From the NCBI GenBank assembly GCA_051362555.1, contig CM120646.1, positions 8,184,001-8,248,000 on the forward strand: 64,000 bases of DNA. Reading direction: 5' to 3'. The notes under the pieces are model-generated. The model worked only from the letters and a program-made list of their open reading frames with translations, searched no databases and was not told the DNA's origin. The position numbers and the translations under genes are program-made. Origin of the DNA: Lingula anatina (Eukaryota > Animalia > Brachiopoda). Of this stretch, positions 58,969-64,000 are shown piece by piece; the first letter of the stretch is position 1, and every line of letters starts with the position of its first letter.

Positions 58969-61011
58969 TCAGGCAAGTGCACTGCTCTCATTTGAAACTT
59001 CTGGATGCCTTCTAAAATGCTGATAGTGAGCCCCACGGGTGACAAACCCCTTGCCACAAATAGCACAAGTGTATCTGACTTCTGTGTTATGAATGTGCAT
59101 GTGCTCTTTCATGATGGACTTTCTGTAAAAACACTTTCCACACTGGGGGCACTCGAACAGCGGAGCCTCACTGTGGGTGGTCACATGATCATCAAAACGA
59201 GACTTGATGGCAAACGACTTTCCGCAGGAGTTGCATACATAAGGGCGTGGGCCTTTACTATGACATTCCTTCTGGTGGCGTTTTAAACTTGCGACGCCAG
59301 GGTATATCTTTCCACACTCATCACACTGAAGATTCCTTGGCACTTCCGTGTGCGTCTTCATATGTTCTTTCAGTCCGTGAAGACGCAAGTATGATTTCTT
59401 GCAAAATTCACAACTGAAAGTGGTTTGCTGGGAGTTGTGAATCTTCAGATGAACTTTGAGATCTTTTTGAAGAGCAAATTTTGCATCACAAGTTGGACAG
59501 GAGATAGTTTTAACCACATGCTTTCGATTTATGTGAGCCATAAAGCTACCAGTATACTCAGTAGCATATTCACAGTAATTGCAGTGATATCTACTTTGTT
59601 TCAATGCACCATGTTCATGTATTTCTGCCCTTTTCACAGTAACAGAAAGCTTTGAGAGGGGGCCAAGCTGACTCTGGCCTAGATGTGTGTTACCTTTGTG
59701 CAGAGCTAATTTATCCTGAGTATCAAAGGCAAAATCACACTGGTCACACCTAAATGGAAGTTTAGTTTCTTGAAGATTTTTTTCAACATCACAGTCCATC
59801 TTATGCCGTATGAGCTTCGTCATAGTGCTCATTGTCTTTTCACATTGGTTACACTGGTATTTACTGCTGTTGTGGGTAAACTTGATATGTGTTTTCATAT
59901 CTTTTTGGTCTCCAAATCTGAATGTACACTTGGGGCATTGGATTTGCCTCTCAACATGTTTCCGACTCATGTGGCGCTGAAACTGCTTCTGATCTTTAGC
60001 AGTAAATTTGCAATGGTTACAACTGATTTCATCATTTTTTTCTGTGCAGTGGGGAGTGAAATTTTCCCAAGGTAACAGAGTGGCATCAACACAGTCTTTA
60101 TCTAATCCTTTCACCCTGATGTATTCAGAAGCAGTAATACACTGGTGTCTCCTATGAGATCTGAGTGTCTTCATGCATTTGCCACATTTTACACATTGAA
60201 TTTTCATCCTCCAGTGTGTATTTTCTACATGGTTCCGCAGTTTGAATCTACTCCTGAAAGTGGCCAAGCAGACTGGACATGTCAAATTATCCCCCGGGGT
60301 CACCGGATGTGCTGTGATGACATGTCTTATGTAGTCAAAACGCTGGGCAAAAAGTTCTGGGCAAAAGTCACATCTTTGTCTGTACTTGTCTAGATTTTCA
60401 ACATGCAAGATCACAGACAGAGAGTTTATGTTATTGACTATGTTGTTACTGTCATTATCAGCACTGGAGTCCAGGTTGATTTCTGGTTTATCTGGAGAAG
60501 CACCTGTGGCTTTGGTAACTTCACACGCCACTGTCGAATGTTGAATTTGGCTTTGGTTACTGTGCTCTGCCGGATCGATTCTTTCAATGAAAAATTTACA
60601 GCTCTGTTTAATTAATGTTTCCTGAATTTCGTCTGGACTCTCACTCTTCTGCACATTGTTTTGATCACATGTCGAAGGCTGTGGGCGGGGGGACTCTTGC
60701 ATCTTGACAACGCCGTCGGAGTTTTGATCGTCGATATTTCCAGCACTCTTTTTATGGGAAATATGACGTTTCTTATCTTCATTTTTCTTTTGTCTTTTGG
60801 TAAGCATATTAACCTCTTTTGTCAAGTCTCTGTGAAGAGTTTGGACAGCTTTCCATTCGCCATGCACCCAACACGTCGTAACCCCTTTTACAACCTGCCA
60901 TGTACAATTTAATCCACTCCTTTTTATCTTTGCCGAAACTTTTTGAGCACTTGGAAACACCCGGAGAACCTCGGGAGCAATAACTGCACACACAGAGAGG
61001 AAAACCACCAT
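58969..61011 (-). CDS. C2H2 zinc-finger protein (680 aa, 14 fingers including two C2HC), single ORF
   Basis: Repeated CxxC...HxxxH motifs with a tandem C-terminal array; ATG in GAAGATGG context. Confidence 0.92.
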   Translation of the reverse strand: MVVFLSVCAVIAPEVLRVFPSAQKVSAKIKRSGLNCTWQVVKGVTTCWVHGEWKAVQTLHRDLTKEVNMLTKRQKKNEDKKRHISHKKSAGNIDDQNSDGVVKMQESPRPQPSTCDQNNVQKSESPDEIQETLIKQSCKFFIERIDPAEHSNQSQIQHSTVACEVTKATGASPDKPEINLDSSADNDSNNIVNNINSLSVILHVENLDKYRQRCDFCPELFAQRFDYIRHVITAHPVTPGDNLTCPVCLATFRSRFKLRNHVENTHWRMKIQCVKCGKCMKTLRSHRRHQCITASEYIRVKGLDKDCVDATLLPWENFTPHCTEKNDEISCNHCKFTAKDQKQFQRHMSRKHVERQIQCPKCTFRFGDQKDMKTHIKFTHNSSKYQCNQCEKTMSTMTKLIRHKMDCDVEKNLQETKLPFRCDQCDFAFDTQDKLALHKGNTHLGQSQLGPLSKLSVTVKRAEIHEHGALKQSRYHCNYCEYATEYTGSFMAHINRKHVVKTISCPTCDAKFALQKDLKVHLKIHNSQQTTFSCEFCKKSYLRLHGLKEHMKTHTEVPRNLQCDECGKIYPGVASLKRHQKECHSKGPRPYVCNSCGKSFAIKSRFDDHVTTHSEAPLFECPQCGKCFYRKSIMKEHMHIHNTEVRYTCAICGKGFVTRGAHYQHFRRHPEVSNESSALA

Positions 61012-61164
61012 CTTCGGTATTTATAACGGGAAACGCTCTTTCTTGCGTTAAAAAAAGACAAAAACAAACTAACACACACGAAACACGAACCCCCTTAACC
61101 AGCTTGCAACGTTCAGTTATTTTCTCTGAAAGATAAACTGATCTCCTTGAAAGAAGAGCTCCGA

Positions 61165-61234
61165 TAATAACCCAATAGAAGCCAAAACCAATGGTGCGAG
61201 TTCATTTCCCTAAGTGCTCTTAGGGCATTACGTC

Positions 61235-61236
<2 letters not shown>
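61165..61236. promoter_or_regulatory. Probable promoter of the zinc-finger gene
   Basis: Two CCAAT boxes (about 61172 and 61188) and a CRE-like TTACGTCA (61228-61235), about 160-220 bp upstream of the ATG. Confidence 0.5.
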
Positions 61237-61265
<29 letters not shown>

Positions 61266-61921
61266 CTAGCTATATTTCTGTGTTGTCTAACTCTTCCAAT
61301 AGTTCTCACAAAATAAAAAGATAAATAAAATAACAGATAAAAAAATAAAGAAAGAAAGATGAAAAGGAAGACAACCAGGATAGTCAGTGATAAAGGAGAG
61401 AAAGAAAAGATTGCAATTTTACCAAAATACTAGTCTCCACCAATTAAAAATATTGAAAATTTTCATCGCAATTTGCCTTGACACGGGCCTTTACCCTCTA
61501 GTTTATATCATGTTTAAATACTGTATAACACACCTCACAAATCATGAAGCAAAACTTCACAACTCTTCATGTTCTGGAGCAGGTATTTGTTTTGTCCTGG
61601 CATGTGACACAGTACGAAAAATATGGCATTATCTTTAAGGTATACTATTTGGGATTTCCCCATAAAATCAAATTACTCTTTGAAAAAAAAATTTAAGTAA
61701 CTCGATCACAGATTGATTGCTTGACCCATCTCTGCACTAGGATTCAGTTTTGCTTCAGACTGTTTAGACAATCAAAATTGACCAGATTAACTGGTGCTGT
61801 GGCTTTGTTTAAAGGACAAGACTTCTTCACAACACCAGGTGAGTTAATTATTAATCATGTTTAATTGGCACTCGCTCAAAACTTTGTAATACAGACAAGT
61901 ATATATTCCATATACTGTGAA

Positions 61922-62704
61922 GGGGGTCCGCCATATAGATAAACGTCCCAATAAAATATTCGCCCCGATAGATACGTCTCTATACATACACGTCTCAATA
62001 GATTTACGTCTCGTTAAATTTACGTTCCGATAGATCCACCAACAGATTCCTATAAACCCACGTATCTTTAGATCCAGGTACCGCTAGATCCATCTATCTG
62101 ACATCGTAATCGGCTAAAAGGCCCATATCAACTTGCGTTGTGAAATTTAGAACACATTTTTATGTTCTTTTTTGTTTTGTTTTGTTAAGAACACATTTAC
62201 ATGTAAATTCAGAATACTTTTTACGTGTTCGAATGTTGCATTTTGAGAACGCTTTAAACAGTGTTCTGACGCTAGAACAGTAATTAAGCGTTGTGAAATA
62301 TAGAACACACTTTTGTTCTTTTTATGTTCTTTCACTGAGTATTGTGTGAAAACGATCTAGTAGAATAATATATTGCTGACTGCGTACTGCCGTTTTAAAG
62401 AAGTGCATTTTATGTACTGAGTAGTATACCAACCATTTCGAGCAATAGTGTACCTGTAATGGATCTATCGGTATTTGGATCTAAAAATACGTGGATCTAT
62501 AGGTATGCGGATTTAAAGGACGTGGGTTTATGAGGACGTCATATCTATAGGAACGCAAATATATATGACAGCAGAAAAAAATCGGATCTATCGGTATTTA
62601 AATCTAAAAAGACGTTTTTTCCGTTTTTCCTTTATGTATCTATCGGTAACGGGAGTATAGGGACGTGTAATATTTTGGGACTAAATTTTATCCGTACGTA
62701 CCCC
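61922..62704. mobile_element. Foldback-type non-autonomous DNA transposon
   Basis: 6-bp TSD TGTGAA (61916-61921 and 62705-62710), GGGG/CCCC termini, degenerate 16-bp AGATxxACGT repeats on the left and inverted copies on the right. Confidence 0.7.
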
Positions 62705-64000
62705 TGTGAAGAGGGCCATGGTCATCATACCATACCATATCTAATTGAGAAGGTATGTTCTATAAAACAATGACCAAACTTGACTGGAAATGCTTCTTTG
62801 ATGACATTTTTTATTATCTGACTATTGAAGCAAACTTTGTAATTTTTGTTTATTACAGTAACAGTTGCCAGCAAACATTGCATTACATTGTACTTCTGTA
62901 AACAAGTAAACAAATAATACATAATTAATAAATATTCATTTTTCTTATTATGTATAGTCTCCCATGTTTTTTTCTTTCCATCACTGAATGGTGAACGGTA
63001 TGACAAATACCAACAAAAATTTTAAACAGTCAGCAAGAATATCTCACAGCCATTTCACCAGGTTTATGTTCAAAATGTTTTATGCGTGCCACTCTACAAT
63101 TTTACATATAAAAAAATCACTTTGAAAAAGAACCAGTTTTAGACATAAATCCATGAGATTTCCATTCTTAGTATTTCTTAATTGTATATTAATTATTTTT
63201 TCTGTATTCACTTTAACAAAGCTCCTGTATTGCTTTTGTGTGCATGTGGAATAAAAGTTTCCTTTTGTTTTTCAAGATTGTTTTGTATAAGTTTTATAAT
63301 ACATTACATCAGATCATCCATTCCACAATACAGCATTTATCTTAATTAGCACCTGTAGCACTGAGAGCTACACACCACAGTAAAACACACTGGTAGATAT
63401 AAACTGTTTACCATCTATATACTATCAGTCATGTAAAGACTATATGATGATCCTTCGTAGCATAGTCAGAATTTAAAATTATGTTCACCCAAGAGCCAAC
63501 TAAAAAATGAAATACTTAAGATAATGCCTAAGACTTCATAACTCCGATGTTAAACAATCAGGGGCCTAGTCTAAAAAGTTCAAATTTGTTGACAAATTTT
63601 CCATTTTCAGGAAAAGTCTCTTGGAACCAGACTCTGATCACCTGGTGATGTCAACTGGTCTCTGCTCAGTCTAAGTTGGTCCTGAGGTGAACAAATAATG
63701 CATTAAACAACTGACAGCTCAGAATGATCATTTCAGCTATGATGACACATTTCTCTATAAATGAATTAACAACCTACAACTTTAAAACAATCAAACTGAT
63801 AACATTTGTTGTTCTGCTGTTGCCGTATTGATATTTCTTAGCTTGCAAAAATCAGTTTCAGAAAACTACCATGGATACCATGAACAATGGTAATTCTATC
63901 ACTTATGTTGCTTTAAATCCAATTTATCAACTTGAAATAAAAAAAATAAATAAAAATATGTGTGCACTTTTACCCTCACCCTCTTCTTCCAACAATTTCA

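Noticed and set aside
59005-60912. Several plus-strand ORFs
   Set aside because: Antisense shadows of the zinc-finger CDS.

Overview
AT-rich eukaryotic (invertebrate animal) genomic DNA with GT-AG introns; the ORF track misses most of the multi-exon genes. From left to right: (1) four tandem single-coding-exon UDP-glycosyltransferase (UGT) paralogues on the minus strand (1.5-21.6 kb), all with Arg at the canonical catalytic His position. They appear to lie inside an intron of a same-strand PPxY/Pro-Gly-Tyr-rich gene whose first exons are at 23.2-25.2 kb and include a duplicated 108-nt exon pair. (2) An out-at-first (OAF) homologue head-to-head with that gene, with an RTEX-like LINE in intron 1. 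(3) A 14-exon arylsulfatase B-like gene. (4) A tandem pair of unannotated micro-exon genes (45.7-53.4 kb) encoding signal-propeptide-RR-mature precursors with a variable N-terminal helix and a conserved 16-Cys scaffold, resembling antimicrobial or toxin peptides; this is the best candidate for an undescribed system. (5) A near-complete Gypsy LTR retrotransposon. (6) A 14-finger zinc-finger gene. The window also holds a decayed env-bearing LTR element with TA...TA termini, three Helentron-type HINEs, a Kolobok-like element and several MITE families. Gene models were built by eye from splice signals and reading frames and need RNA-seq confirmation.
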